Source: Azolla caroliniana | Taxonomy: Eukaryota; Plantae; Polypodiophyta | Length of the DNA: 64,000 nucleotides | Reading direction: 5' to 3' | Assembly (NCBI GenBank): GCA_043228905.1 | Contig: JBHGNT010000003.1 | Span: 23,250,001-23,314,000 of the forward strand | Shown: positions 45,431 through 59,492 of the stretch, in pieces | Layout: every line of letters begins with the position of its first letter | How positions within the stretch are numbered: position 1 is the first letter of the stretch | Notes under the pieces: generated by a model | The model's input: only the letters and a program-made list of their open reading frames with translations | The model's database searches: none | What the model was told of the DNA's origin: nothing | Position numbers and translations under genes: made by a program

Positions 45431-48400
45431 CATTCTAATTTAGCCCCGCGAGCTTGGTTCTAACGATGTCGTAATTAAGAGCAATCTAACCTTGAAGAAC
45501 TAATGATCCCCTGAGTCGGATTTAGTGAGCATCATTTAAGAGTAACGTGCACAATTACAATAATAGCTGCAATCATTGACTTCAAATGGGAGTGAGGATT
45601 AAATAAAGATTCAAGAAGATGTTTTGTTGAACACATGGGCAGCACACGAAAAAAGGGTAGTCATAGATGGTCACTCTTGAGGCATTGTGCTCTAGTGTCT
45701 CACTTTCGAAGGGCCTACTCTTTTACCACAATAAAAGCGAGGAATTCTTCGCAGACTAACTAACGTACGGTTCGCAATGCATGTAATGCCTCGTTTACAT
45801 CTCCTTCCACAAATAATTTGGATTGGGCCTCCCCGAAGTTGGATGATAATGATCACTTGCCTTACTCATCCAATGAAATTTGACATGATATGATATTATA
45901 TGACGCTCTTAATGTTGTCACCGAGCCACATTCCAAGGCCGAAGCATTTCTAAAGTGTGAAAACAAAGAAAAGAAGAAGAAGAGAGACAAGATATGGATA
46001 GTACCATCAATAGTTTTCAAAGAGACATAAATTGAATGGATCGAGTAAAGCAGCCCCCGTGAAAAAATAAATGTGAAATAGATTGCCAACCATACAGTGT
46101 CAACACATAGAATGTCAAAGAATGTCATACATACATATTGTGCATTTCAAAGGTACACCACAATATATATATATATATATGCAAAACTTTATTAGTTGGT
46201 GTAATCAAAGTTTGGGCTTACATGTTTAAGAAAAGGCTCTTGGATTACTTAGATCTCACTTTATGGGAGAAAAATCAACGAAAACAGAAAAGAATTTGGA
46301 GCAGGGGCAGAATTTTGCCTCTTCCCCCCAATGCCACGTTGATTAAATGAACAGGAAGTGGGGGGGGGGGGCTTGCACTAGATCCAAAAGTCGCGTTAAT
46401 TTAGCCAGAATTGCTTCGAACATTTTGCCATCAGTTGCGTAAACGAATAATCCAGAATCTAGATTATTATTAAATGAACAGTAAAACTTGGTCGAGACGT
46501 CTAAAGAATCAATGGTTGTTATCTCTTATGAATCATCTTTGTTTATTTTAATCATCTATAATTTGTGGAAACTTTCAGGTTTTATATTTGTATTCTGTAT
46601 TCGGGACCCCCCCAGGCCATATACCCGTCCAATATATATATATATAGTTCATGTGTACATGTGATTTGATATGAGAGCGATGTGCACATGTTAATCTGTA
46701 AACCTTCGATATCATGTATCTTCAATGTGCTATCCAAAGCAAAAGTGGTTAAATTGGAGCTTTTCAACATGCAATTTGTTTCTTGTTGAGTTCATCAATT
46801 CCCTTTAAATCCTGTATCACCTTGTCTTTAAATATGCTCTTTAAAACACTCTCCTTTAAATTAACCAGAGCAATTAAAATTACGGCACTAGTACAAAATG
46901 CTCGAGATTAATGATAACATTTTGGGCTAATGTTTCTATAATCCATTCTTGGTTTTGGAGTTGGATTTACTGTTTTAAGTCTATGATTGGGGTCTATTAA
47001 TCCATTTTCTACTTCGGTCATCAATCCTACCATTGATCTATTTGCCACTTTTGTATTAATGGGTATCTTTCAATCCTAGATTGATCTATTTACCATGTTT
47101 CGTTTGGGTACCTTTCGATCCTGGGAGTGATCTAGTTACCACTTTTCTAGTGGGTGTCTTTGAATACCACCATGGAAGATTGTAGCGAATTCCACACTCT
47201 ACTCTATTAGTTCTAAACAGCGAACGATATTCTTCTATACTTTGTCAGCTTTCGTTCTTGTTAAACAAATTCGATCACTACTCTGAATTTTATTGGATCT
47301 TGCATTCTTAACACCATTTTTCTTTGATTGGACATTCTCTTGGTTCAGAACCTCGATGTTCCATCCAAGCATGAGTGAAGAAAACTTCATGTGAACAGAA
47401 GAAAACTTCATGTGGAATGTTCAGTAGATTCTTGGCTTCTAGCTATGGACCATATATTATATTTCCAAAATATGTTTGTCCATGGAAGTTCTCATTTAAT
47501 TAATAAGAAATAAATACATACTTCTACCTTACTAGGTCTTTAACAGATGAGTTTTGTTGTCATTACAATGATTTCATTCCTAACTTCTGAGGTCAATGAG
47601 TCCTGCCCCCCAACATGGATAATTAAACTTTAAACGAGATTGGTTTTCACAAACAAAGAAAACCATAAACAAATTTGATTAATGATTATGCTCAATTAAT
47701 TGTTGTCTTGGGTCAATGCCATAGAATTGTCGTTATCAAGAAGATTAGCCTCTTTTATAAAGTAAAATGCTTCAAAGTCTAATGGCAGATAAATCCTTAC
47801 GATAGGTGTTTTCATGTTGAGCTGGATCAACTCCATTCTGGTATCCAACTTGTCAAACTATTGGATCAGCAAAATGATATATTATGAGATTGTCAAGCCT
47901 CAACTACATATACACAAACAATAAATGTCTAGATATGGTGCGTATAGATATAAATATTGGATTGATATAAAACATAATGTCCTGATGGACTAGATGGACA
48001 ATTGATCTATGTCAATGTTGTGCACAATCTGAGGTTAAAATTATGAAGCGTTCTTAACAATGAGTGCAACTTGCAAGATTTACTATGACATGATCACATC
48101 TACATTTTGAGAATTCGGAAGCTCAAACTTAAAATGCAAATTATTTAAGGAGACATCTAAAAACCTTTTACCAATGATGTACATAAGCCACAATGTTTTC
48201 ATATTGCATCTTAGTATGTTATCTCTTTTCATATTAATTTGCTCCAAAAAATTATGTTTATATAGATAAGGATAATGTGCACTCACAATGAAAATATCAT
48301 GAATAATGGCTGTGTACATATGGATCAGCACCACATTCTCGACATCTAGTCTTGGAAGAAGATACAATATTGCAGCATTTGTTCTATTTTCTTCTCTTGG

Positions 48401-48864
48401 CGTTATCTTCTATTATATTGTTTCTCTTCGTGTGGGTCAATTTCCATTCATGGGAATTGAATCCTAACGAATGAGAATAGAAGAAGATACATTACTAAGG
48501 TATTTCCACTTTTTTCTTTTCTGTTGGGATCATTTTCAGTAGTCATTTTCTTTTGTTTCTCTTAATGTGAACCAGTTTCCATTCATAGGAATGGAACTCA
48601 TAAGTAATATCTTACAAAGGCAATGGTCTGAACCATTATGGTAGCCATTCCAGCCTCACATTTTTTTGTAGATTAATACTAGTATCTAATGATTAGGTTG
48701 CTTTGCGGCGTTTTTGCTGCAGATACATGGATTTCCACTACTACTGTCTGTCCTGTCCACTCACTTAGGAGGTTGTAATACTGAGTGTAGTTTAAGAAGA
48801 CTTTACATGCTCTACCTAAGTATGTACTTCCATATCTTGGGAAATATACAAAGATCGTTAGTCT

Positions 48865-51240
48865 TCACCCTAAAAGAAGCATCCCAGTTGCTTCCACACT
48901 CCCATCTTCACTATCATACCTCTCTTCCCATGCTTTCTTTTCCACTCCCATGGCTTTGATCTTGTCAGCATCCTCTCGCCTCCCAGCGGCCGTGTATATG
49001 TTTCGCATAAGAACATAAGCAGCCGCATCATTTTCATCCAATTGTATAGAATGATCAAAGGCTAGTTTCCCGAGTTTCACATTCGTCCATTTGTGACAAG
49101 CTCCTAACACAGTTAGCCACGTTGTATGATTCTCTGAATATGGCATTTCATCAACCAGTGTCTGAACCTTCTCAAAATGACCAGCACGTCCGAAAAGGTC
49201 AATCACACATGTATGATGCTCTACCGTTGGCATTATTCCAAAACATGTACTCATACTAGCAAAATACATTTGACCCTTTTCTAGTAAGCCAGAATGGCTA
49301 CAAGTTGTAAGCAAGATTGTACATGTGATTAGATCGGGTACTATTCCTTGTCTTATCATTTCATTGAATGTGGCAAACGCCAATTCATCTTTCCCAACTT
49401 GGGCATATCCAGCAATAAGAGAATTCCATGAGACAAGTGCTCGGAAGGGTAACTCATCAAACACAACTTGAGCTTTTGCTATTGCACCACATTTTGCGTA
49501 CATGTCAATTAAAGCATTTCTGATCAAACTGTGTCTTTCTAACCATCCATCTTTAATAATATCATTATGTATACTTTCTCCCTTCTCAATGGCTCCTAAC
49601 ATGCCACATGCTTTCAAGATGCAAAGAAATGTAACAGCATCCGGGCCAAAACCATTAGATTTCATATCCTCAAGACAAGTTAGGGCTTCCTCTCCATTTC
49701 CATGTTGTGTATACCCAGCAATGAGAGCATTCCAAGACACCACATCTCGGATTTGAATCTCATTGAAGACTTCTTGTGCTTTTCTAAGTGCTCCACATTT
49801 TGCATACATATCTACCAATGCATTTCCAATCAAAATATCCTTTTTTAGCCATCCTGTCTTAACGATCTCGGCATGTAATTTTTGGCCCTTTTCAGTTGCT
49901 CCTATGCTCCCACAAGCCTTTAGAATGCATGAAAATATAAATCCATCTGCCAGAAAACCATGATCTTGCATTCTTCGATAATAGTTTAATGCTTCCTCAC
50001 CATACCCATACTCAGAATACCCAGCAATAAGTGATGTCCAAGATATTATATCCCGAGTAGGAATCTCATTAAAAACTTCCTCAGCCTTTCTTATATCTCC
50101 ACATTTCACATACATGTCAATTAAGGCATTACCAACCCAGGTTTCCTTCTTCAATAAACCCTCTTTTAAGATTTTGTCATGAATAAATTGGCCTGTCTTG
50201 AGACAACAAATGGTGCCACAAGCTTTCAAAATGCAAACAAAAGTGACAGAATCAGGAGAAAAACCTTCACATATCATCCATTCTAAATAGCTCAATGCTT
50301 TCACACCCTTCCCATATTGCGTGTATCCTGAAATGAGAGCATTCCATGAGACTATATCCCGAGCAGGAAGCTCATCAAAAAGATCTTGTGCTTCCTCAAG
50401 CAAACCACATTTTGCATACATATCCAAAAGTGCATTCCCAATAAGAAAATGCTTCTTCAAATCTTCAACTTTTATAATCACTGAATGTATTTGCTGGCCC
50501 TTCTTAGCTTCCCCTATGCTTCCACAAGCTTTCAAGATACATATTAGAGTGATTGAATTCGGATGAAGCCCTTCCTGTTGCATTCGTGTGAAACATTCAA
50601 TACCTTTTTGGCCATGTCCATATTGAGTATATCCACCAATAAGAGAAGTCCAAGAGACTACATCTCGAACCCTAAGCTCATCAAACACATCTACCGCCCT
50701 TTCCAGAGCACCACATTTTGAATACATATCAACCAATGCATTGCTGACAAAAATATCTTTTCCTGAAAAGCCACGCTCAACTATATCTGAATGTATTTCA
50801 CTTCCTTTTTTAGCCGATCTTATGCTCCCATATACTTTCAAGATGCAAACGAATGTGTACCCGTCGGGGGGTGGACCATGGCAACACATCTTCTCATATA
50901 GTTTTAGTGCTTCTTTGTTATAGCCATATTGGGCATATCCACCAATAAGTGTTGTCCAACATCTGACATCTCTAACCCTAAGAATATCGAATACTTCCTG
51001 TGCTTTCGTAAGTTCACCACATTTAGCATACATATGCATCAAAGTGCTTCCGATACATGCTTCTTTCTCTAGTAACCCTCTCTTAACAATCTCTTCATGT
51101 AATTTCTCACCATTGTATAGATCTTTCCTCTTAGCACAACCTCTCAATGAGGACATAAGTAAAGAAACGTCCTCTACATTCTTCTTGTGCTTTTCCTTTG
51201 AACCAATAAGATTTGCATTAGCCATAGCTTCACAAACCAT
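48865..51240 (-). CDS. PLS-class pentatricopeptide repeat protein with E domain, no DYW
   Basis: Six GNAL(V/I)DMYAKCG-type motifs alternating with VVSWNALIAGY and VTFVCILKACG; terminal HHTCVIDLFGRAG, WLTVLGAC, AAAYVLMRNIY. First in-frame ATG is 51240; the true start is uncertain. Confidence 0.92.
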   Translation of the reverse strand: MVCEAMANANLIGSKEKHKKNVEDVSLLMSSLRGCAKRKDLYNGEKLHEEIVKRGLLEKEACIGSTLMHMYAKCGELTKAQEVFDILRVRDVRCWTTLIGGYAQYGYNKEALKLYEKMCCHGPPPDGYTFVCILKVYGSIRSAKKGSEIHSDIVERGFSGKDIFVSNALVDMYSKCGALERAVDVFDELRVRDVVSWTSLIGGYTQYGHGQKGIECFTRMQQEGLHPNSITLICILKACGSIGEAKKGQQIHSVIIKVEDLKKHFLIGNALLDMYAKCGLLEEAQDLFDELPARDIVSWNALISGYTQYGKGVKALSYLEWMICEGFSPDSVTFVCILKACGTICCLKTGQFIHDKILKEGLLKKETWVGNALIDMYVKCGDIRKAEEVFNEIPTRDIISWTSLIAGYSEYGYGEEALNYYRRMQDHGFLADGFIFSCILKACGSIGATEKGQKLHAEIVKTGWLKKDILIGNALVDMYAKCGALRKAQEVFNEIQIRDVVSWNALIAGYTQHGNGEEALTCLEDMKSNGFGPDAVTFLCILKACGMLGAIEKGESIHNDIIKDGWLERHSLIRNALIDMYAKCGAIAKAQVVFDELPFRALVSWNSLIAGYAQVGKDELAFATFNEMIRQGIVPDLITCTILLTTCSHSGLLEKGQMYFASMSTCFGIMPTVEHHTCVIDLFGRAGHFEKVQTLVDEMPYSENHTTWLTVLGACHKWTNVKLGKLAFDHSIQLDENDAAAYVLMRNIYTAAGRREDADKIKAMGVEKKAWEERYDSEDGSVEATGMLLLG

Positions 51241-54135
51241 TGCATTTAAACCCAACAAGGGTTCGCACAAACCATATCATGTTAGTTCTTGCTCCGTAAA
51301 CCCAACAAAAACCCTGTGCATTTCTTTCTTTTTGCTTCACAATGCTTATTAAGGAATGAAAGTACGGTGAAATGCTCTGATCGTCCTTCCAATTGCAAAC
51401 AAATCCCAAAATGTTCTGAGAAGGGAGATACATACAAGAACTTGGTTCTTCGTTGATTGTGTGTGGAGGAAACACCCACATCTTCTGAGAGTGTCCTGTT
51501 CCACCAAAGGCAAATGTCATATCTGAGTGCAGAGATTTGCGACTCTCCATGTCTCATGTCTACGAACTCTTTCACTACTAGATTGTATTATACTACTAAT
51601 TCTGACTGTATTTGAATTTGAAGTACCCCCTCGGTTTATCTCTGTCTTCCTGAAGGTCCAACCCACACTAATTTTGGGCTATTTCCCGTGATGCCCCTCT
51701 CGCGGTGAAGGCTTGAAATCCAAGAGGTACGATTGCTCAATAGACAATGGCTTCATTAGGGGCATCTTTTGAAATTTGATATAGTGGAGACTTCGGGGCA
51801 TCAGGTTAGTGAAGAAAATTTGAGGGATATTGTAGAATAGTTCTTGACACTTCCCGAAAATACAAACTATGCCATTTGTACTTTAGGAAGTGTTGAGAAC
51901 CACTCTTGGTTTGGTCAACAAGTTAATCTCTTCTTGTCTAGGATGAATGATTTTATGTTTTGAAAGTAGTATTTGTGTATGGAATCACCATGACTCGGTC
52001 CCAACATTATTTCTTAGTGTGTATGATTTGCTTGCTTCTGATGTTCCCAATATGAATCAAGAAATAATAGTTGTGGAAATATGAAGCAATTGTTGTAAAT
52101 CTAATATACTCTTGTTATCGTGAGGATGTATTGGTGAGTGGTTTTTAGAATATTTTATTTGTCGTTGTCGTATGAGCACGCAATTGCTTCAAAAAATCAT
52201 TGGCTTTATTTGTCAAGCTATTTTTCGATAGAATATTCTCCCCTTGTTGGGACAGATTTGGATCATTAAAATATCATAGACCTAACCAATCTAGTTGTAA
52301 TTAATAATCTTAAGTTAACACCTTGTTCCTCTACTCTATTAGTAAAGTTAGAATTTGTCTATATTTGCGTGTGTTCAAACTTCAAATAGTGTATGATTCA
52401 TTTGCCATTTGTATGGAATAAAGTTTGAGTTAAGAATCAACCTTGAAAGTTAAAAGATACATTTTCACTCACCCTAAACAATATGCATAGGTGAGTGAGA
52501 GTTGAATGTGTGCAACTTCCATTTGAAGTACATTGCTAGATAATTCATGGTTGTTGAGGCCTAAATAGAAGAACTATGTGACATTGTGTCCACAATTAAT
52601 TTTAGCATGACCAATGAGATTAAGAGAGGATTGAAGCATGGTAGACCGGGGAAATGTTCAAAGGAAATAAGTGTAATTATATTATCAGAAGTTGAAATCA
52701 TTTCTCGCATAGATGATCATCACAAACAAATTAATGTGTCCTCATACATGAGTACATGGTCTACTCTATATAAATAATCATCCTTGGTATCCCAAATTAG
52801 GCATATGGTCCCGATTTTGACGATTATCAAACTTAATGAGCCACCCAAATTCTTGCAAGCACTTGAGAATAGGTTGTCAACAAGCCATACAAAGCATTAA
52901 TCCTTGAAGTGGCACATGAGAATAGGTTGTCATATGTTTGCCGACACGGCCAAAAAGGATGGAAAAGATAACAATTGAATATGTCCAAATTTATTACTTT
53001 ATGGGGTGTGATAAATGGCCACAAGGTAGCCCATTTCTAGTTGGTTATCAAGATTGGAAAACTATTCGTCTTTGGCATTGGGTAATGGAGCAATGCCTGC
53101 AATCATCCAACCTCTAAGGTATGAATCATATTGGCCCCTTGTGGAAACTCAACTCACCCTTTGTGAAGTGTTATATGTGTGGGTGATGAAGGAGACATTG
53201 TACCTCTATCAATTACATTACTTGAATATTCTTTCTCAACTACTTTTTTGGCTCTTTAATGAGCGCAAATCAAGTATTTTTATGTATCATATGAGATGAC
53301 CAATAGTATGAAATCCCAAAGTTGTCTCATTGTAATATTCTACTAATTTAATATATATTTTAGTTATCATCAATCTTATTACAATAAGCCTTTTATACAT
53401 AGGTTCTAGTTACAAAAGCTTGTCACACAACAAACAAAAAGAGGCCAACTTGAAAAAGGTATAGAAAGGAAGAGTTAAAGACTATTATTACTTCTTTATT
53501 GATCACTAGAGCAAAAGAGAGATTAAGTTTTTTGGAAAAAAAAAGAGAGAGATTAAGGAGTGATAATATGAATTGATAAGCTAACTACATGATTAGCAAA
53601 AAGTTGTTTCCATCTTCTATTCCTTCTTGGTCTTTGACTCAATTACCAGTAAACTAATTTACCCCTTCACGACTGATCTTGTGATGGTGGAAAAAAGCAT
53701 GTGGTCCAATTGGAGGTTATCTCTTTCAACATCAATTCATATTCTAACAATGTTTCTCCTAGTTATTCTATCTTGTTATCTATAGACTATGAGTTCTATA
53801 ATCATAAATATAACATATTGTTCCTAGGGTTAATATCCTCTTGTAATTTGTTAATTTGTTTTTGATCGACAAATTCTATAGACTCCCTTCAAAGCACATG
53901 AAATTGGGTCAACAACAAGTATCTTATTTTGAAAACTTGTGTCCATCCCTCTAGAGTTGTAATTTCATTTTCATGATGTCCTTGCGACTTCTTGATTGTT
54001 GAGACACCCACTCCTAGTTTAAAACCCATATTGTTTTGTTAAATGCACATATAGAAAGCGATGGGTTGCCTTTCCCTATCTGACACACACACACACATGT
54101 ATCCCACAAAAATGTGATGAAGTTGTGGTACAGAT

Positions 54136-54681
54136 TGTTGAGAATCGACTGGCCACAACTGGTTTCACATATGCGTTCAAGTGCACGAAAAATGAGCAAG
54201 GCAATGCATAGATAGAAAATGGGGGGAAGAAAACAAAGAAAAACATAAAGAACAGAGACACAGAGGTTTAACGTGGAAACCTGAATTGGGAAAAACCACA
54301 TGGAGTCCACAAACTCCAAAACAGATCACTAAGATAGAGGAGAAGTACAATGAGAAACTCGGAGGCAACAACCTTGAGTTCTCCTTCGTCAGACAGATGG
54401 CTATAGAGTTACACACACACACCCTCTCTCTCACACACACACACAATTACAAAGGCAATTACCTCATTCTAACTATATCACAATAATGATACATCACACT
54501 CTCATAAGGTTTGCCCTATTTGTATTTATACCAATACAACTTTCTGGGCAATTTACAGATATAGCCCACAAGGGGCACATTATAGTCTCCCGTTTTTGGT
54601 TTCGGTTTTTTATCTGGGCCGAATTCCACCCGATTCGGCTTGTACTCTTCTTCCCATCCGAAGGGACCTGTTTTCCCAACA
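54136..54681 (-). mobile_element. Diverged Copia-family solo LTR
   Basis: Minus strand begins TGTTGGGAAAACAGGTCCCTTCGGATGGG; contains GTGGTTTTTCCCAA...GGTTTCCACGT and GTTGTGGCC. TSD not convincing, so the left boundary is approximate. Confidence 0.7.
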
Positions 54682-57600
54682 CATACGATGTCCATTACGA
54701 CCAAAATGGCAATCAATTCAATTAATCTATCACTTCAGGGGTTGGGACTCCATTTATGGTTATGCCAAATATTGGTTGGTTTCGTGTATATATACGTGTA
54801 GTATCAACATGCTCTTGTTCCACAAATCTCCATGTGTTGCACCAGTATAACATCATTTGACGATCATGATATTGTTGATAAATCTACCTTGCTAGTGGTT
54901 ATTCCATTTATCTAAACATTGCACACACAAACTAATAGAGAAGAACCCATTATTATACTTGAGGGCTAGAGTAGATATACTACGCGAGGGCATTCCTAAT
55001 CTTATTGTTGCTTCCAAAAGAATAACACAACAATATAGTAGTGCCTACTCGAAATCTTCTTGCAACTCCTTTGTACATCTTGTATGGGCCAAAAAATGCA
55101 CAATAAGAATGGGAGGTACAATTGATAATGCAACATCAACGATAAACACAATTCAACATAGATTACATTGAGAATCATAGAGATAGAAAACAATGAAATT
55201 ATATCACACTTGTACAACACTCGTACAAAACTTGTCTAATAGTAAATTAAAAATCACATGTTATAATTGTGCCATTTGGGCCTTTAAATATGTTGCACAG
55301 TAGGTTGATATCACATACTTTAGCTTTTAATGTCTATTCGTTGGGCCATATGATCAACAATCCCATACTAGAAAAAGCCCTCTGGCCTAAATAAGTATGT
55401 TCACTTATTCTATTATTTTACATTGTGGCTTTCATATAATTTCATGTTAGACTACCAAGACTTTGGCACATCAGATTTCACGGAGAAACTTAGGCTTTTT
55501 ATGGAAAAATTGATTGTGATGAATAAAGAGCTAGTAGGGTTACACAATAGGGGGGGTGAGAGTTCAACCATGGACTCGATGACTTCATCTTCGACAACTT
55601 CATCCAACATGGTTGGGGTCAAGGTTTTCATCTTCAGCCAGTGGCCACTTTGGTCAGAAAAGCTCTTATAAGTAGAATGATAATCAGTAATATATTCAAT
55701 ATTATAATTATATATGTGGAATTACATCATCATACATGGGACAATTAAAATTGCAATGCTTAGAACTTTCATCTATGGTATTAGGTTCCTAATATGCAAT
55801 ACAAGAGAAAATACACAAATTGACTTACAATCAATAACAATTCTTTAGTGAAAATTACCAAGCTTTTAGTTTATATGTATAAAAAATTCAAAAGTTTGTA
55901 TTATATTTTCAAAATTATTTGTATATGTATGCTTGACCAAACCATGAACTCCTAATCACATGAAAATTAAGATTAATCACATAGGTATGTTTCATTTGAA
56001 AGCCCACACTCGTTAAACTTCTAATTCTTTCAACTTGGACATGCACACTTTCTAATTAGAGGCATACCTAGCAAAACAATTTTACAATTTTCCAAGTTCG
56101 GTTTCCACTTTCTAACAAATAAATTAGTGATACAATGTTTTGATTAGCTTGAAAATTCTCCTAGTTACGGTAAAAAGAAATCTTCATGGCCTTACAAAAT
56201 TTTAAAGGCATACTTACTAGATCTTGATCTTAATTTCCTCATGACTAGGACCCTAGCTTTGAAGTTTGACCAAATAAAAACACACACACACACACACACA
56301 CCCCACATTATATTTAACTTTGAATAATAACCAAACATAGTTTGTCCATAGTTTAGTAATTTTCCGTATGCCTACAGGAGTTATTGTACCTTGGGTTTGT
56401 GGTCCTGATTCCTATGAATCCGTGGTTAAGGGACAACGCACGTTCCACTGGCAATGACATTAAACTTGGAAACAACCTACCATTGTGGAAGCTTTTTGGT
56501 ACACTTTCAATCAAAATAAAGTGATGATACATTCAATAATAAATCACTTTTACGAATACATGGGACTCTTCATAGACGTAGAAACATAAAAAGAGAACAA
56601 ATTCATGTTGAGTAATAAAATTTCATTTCTCTTGCATCTTAGCTTTAGTATAACCATTAGGTCATGGGAAATTGATGAGAGCCTTAACAATTGGGTTTAG
56701 TGAGCAGTCACAACCTAATTGTGCATAATTAACCACCTTCCACCAAATATTAACGTTGAACAATCAATTTGTGTACTTGGATGTTTACCTTAATATTAAC
56801 ATTGTGTATGGATTCAAGTTGGCAAACACATCTGACACAAATACACCATCCAATGTGTTCATTTCCTCCTCTTGAGACCGATTGTCCCTTTAGATGCGAC
56901 ACACAACGTATTCACCAAGTTTTCTAATCAGGTCACAAGTCTCAACATTTTCTCAATGCTTTATTTTGCCCTCCATCAAGTACAACTATGTCGTGTCCTT
57001 TTTCTTTTGTTCTTATATGGACTCCATCCCAAGGACCCCATATCATCCTAGTTTTGATGATTTTTGAGACCGTTCACATCTCAAAAAATCTTATGTGGTC
57101 TCGATTGTGAGCACACATTAGGTACCTTTCACAATAAGGACTCTGAAAAAGCCGACCTTTTGTCCCGCTATACTTTCATTGCATGACTACATAATTGAAC
57201 GTGGGTATTATTTGAAACTATAGGCATTACTTTGGAAATTCATGAAAGGAATAGGAAAACAAAATAACAATTTTTGTGAGGACACCGATTTTTGAGATGC
57301 ACATTAGACAAATGAGCTGATAAATGACAAAAAAACAAAAATAATAGTGTTTTTTTATTAGGGGTTGTGAGGAGTTTTGAGATGCACATCAAATGAAACT
57401 ATTCATTGATTAGAACCTACGTAAGAGTAAAATAAACAGAGCCTCCAAACAATTATAAACTCAAATCATTTTAACGCAATGAAAAAGCTCAAATATAATG
57501 AAAGAACATTCATTTAAATGTCATAAAAATTACACTGTCGAGAGTGATGGACATGGACAACCAAACATTGAAATTGTATCATTAGTTGGGGTCTGAAATA

Positions 57601-59492
57601 CATTGTTTTGTTAACCGCAACCATAACAAAAATATATGTGTTGAAGAAGGTAAACAATCCAGGGCCTGAACTTCCGAAGTCCACGATTAGACAGTGTTTT
57701 GTGTTCGGAAAACCCTCGACATTGACCCCAACATTTCTAGTATCATGTGATAGAGATGCATTTTAAATGTTGACTCCGCAATGCGATACCGTTTTACTTG
57801 AAGACAAACCTCATGTTGATACCACCGCTTTCAATTACTTGTTGAGCTCTCAATCCTTGCCATGGGCTTGTGGGATCCCATAGATCATCTTCAAGCTTCC
57901 ATTTTTGTGGTGGTGGTGGTGGGTTACACCATAGCATCTAAAGTCATAAATTTGAGAGAACCCAAGTTCGATCCTCATCACGGGCTACTTCCCCATCTCA
58001 TAGTTCACAATCTGTCTCTCGTGGATCTTAAAAAAATAATCTATCTTTCTATATCCGTAGGCAGGATCGAAGGATTGAATGAAACCAAGCGATTGACTAG
58101 GGATTGTTGCCAGAGTTTCTTTTGCCGAAATGACGACATCTCTCTTGCAAAATGACAACATCTCTCTTTGGCTTGCTCTAAAGGTGTGGGAGGAAAGTGT
58201 GGAGAGATGGGAAGGGTAGAATGTGGGTCACTCCCCAAAGGCATATATGGCTATGGAGGGGGATAATAGACTATAGTTAGAACTTAGGAGGAATTCAGTA
58301 AACATGGATAGGGCATCATCATCATCATCATCATCACAACCATCATCATCATTATTGTTATTATTCAATCTGTTTGCTTTTGTTTTCCTTGTTTAGAAAA
58401 AGCTTTTCTTCTCCTTCTCTTTGTCCCACTTAGCTAGTTAGGCCAGTTAAACATCAGGAACAGAGAGAAACACTCTGTTTTCTTTCTTTCTTGCAGGGTT
58501 TCTGTTGTGTCTTCTTCTTATTTTTAGAGAAACAAACCAGAAATCCCACTCCTTTTTATTTATAGTTTATATCACTGATTTATACATCATTATTTCTATT
58601 TATTTAAATAATTTTTATTATTAATACAGCTCTCTTTCTTTCTTTCTTTCTCTAAGTAAGTCAATCTGAATTTCTATTTTAATAGAGAAAAGATTGAGAA
58701 CACACACACATACACACACACAGAGGCAGAAACAGAGCTCAAAAAAGGAATAAAGAAAATTTTCCTGTTTGTTTAAATCCCTTATCTAGAAAATTCTCAG
58801 GAAAAAGCCCAAGGTCAGATCTTGGGTGTGGCTTTATTTTTCTTGCTCTTATTGCTTTTTTTTTTGTTTATTTTTCCACTTGGCAGAGTTCTAAAACACT
58901 CTGTATATGGATCTTTGAAAGTTTTCTTTTTCTTTTTATTCTCTCTCTTTTTTCCGAGGAGAATAAAAAACAGAGAGCACAAACACACACACACACACAC
59001 AAGAAAAAAGAAACATTCAAATTGCCCTGTTTTATAAATAATATGCTATCAATAAATTATATGTAAAAGAAGAGGATGCAGATGATATAAGGGGGTCATG
59101 ATGAAGAAGAAGATGATAATTTATATTGAGCGAAGCTTTTAACCCCAAACCATGAAAGCCTATACATTTTGTCGCATTAATAGATTAACTGTATCTGATC
59201 TGCAGACAGAAGGAACTCACGTAGAGAAGCAAGACAGAAGAAGAAGAAGAAGGTTAAGATTAAGAAGAAGAAATATAGTGTTCAGAAGATTAAACTGCAG
59301 AAGATGAGTACGTTTCTTTTTTCTTGTTGTGCAGATGTTGGTACTGTGTGAAGATTTGAATTTCAATATAGTGGGAGAAGATTGAAAAGATGAAGGTTGA
59401 AGCAGAATATTGAAGAGGAGGTTGTTTTTCTTACCACATATATATATATATATATGTACTGTTGTGTGAAGAATTGATTCTTTTCAGTAACA

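Noticed and set aside
57905-57990. tRNA gene or SINE (GTTCGATCC B-box-like)
   Set aside because: No cloverleaf, clear A box, poly-A tail or TSD.
59304-59351. Conserved peptide uORF (MSTFLFSCCADVGTV)
   Set aside because: May lie partly in a 5' UTR intron; no support without homologs or cDNA.
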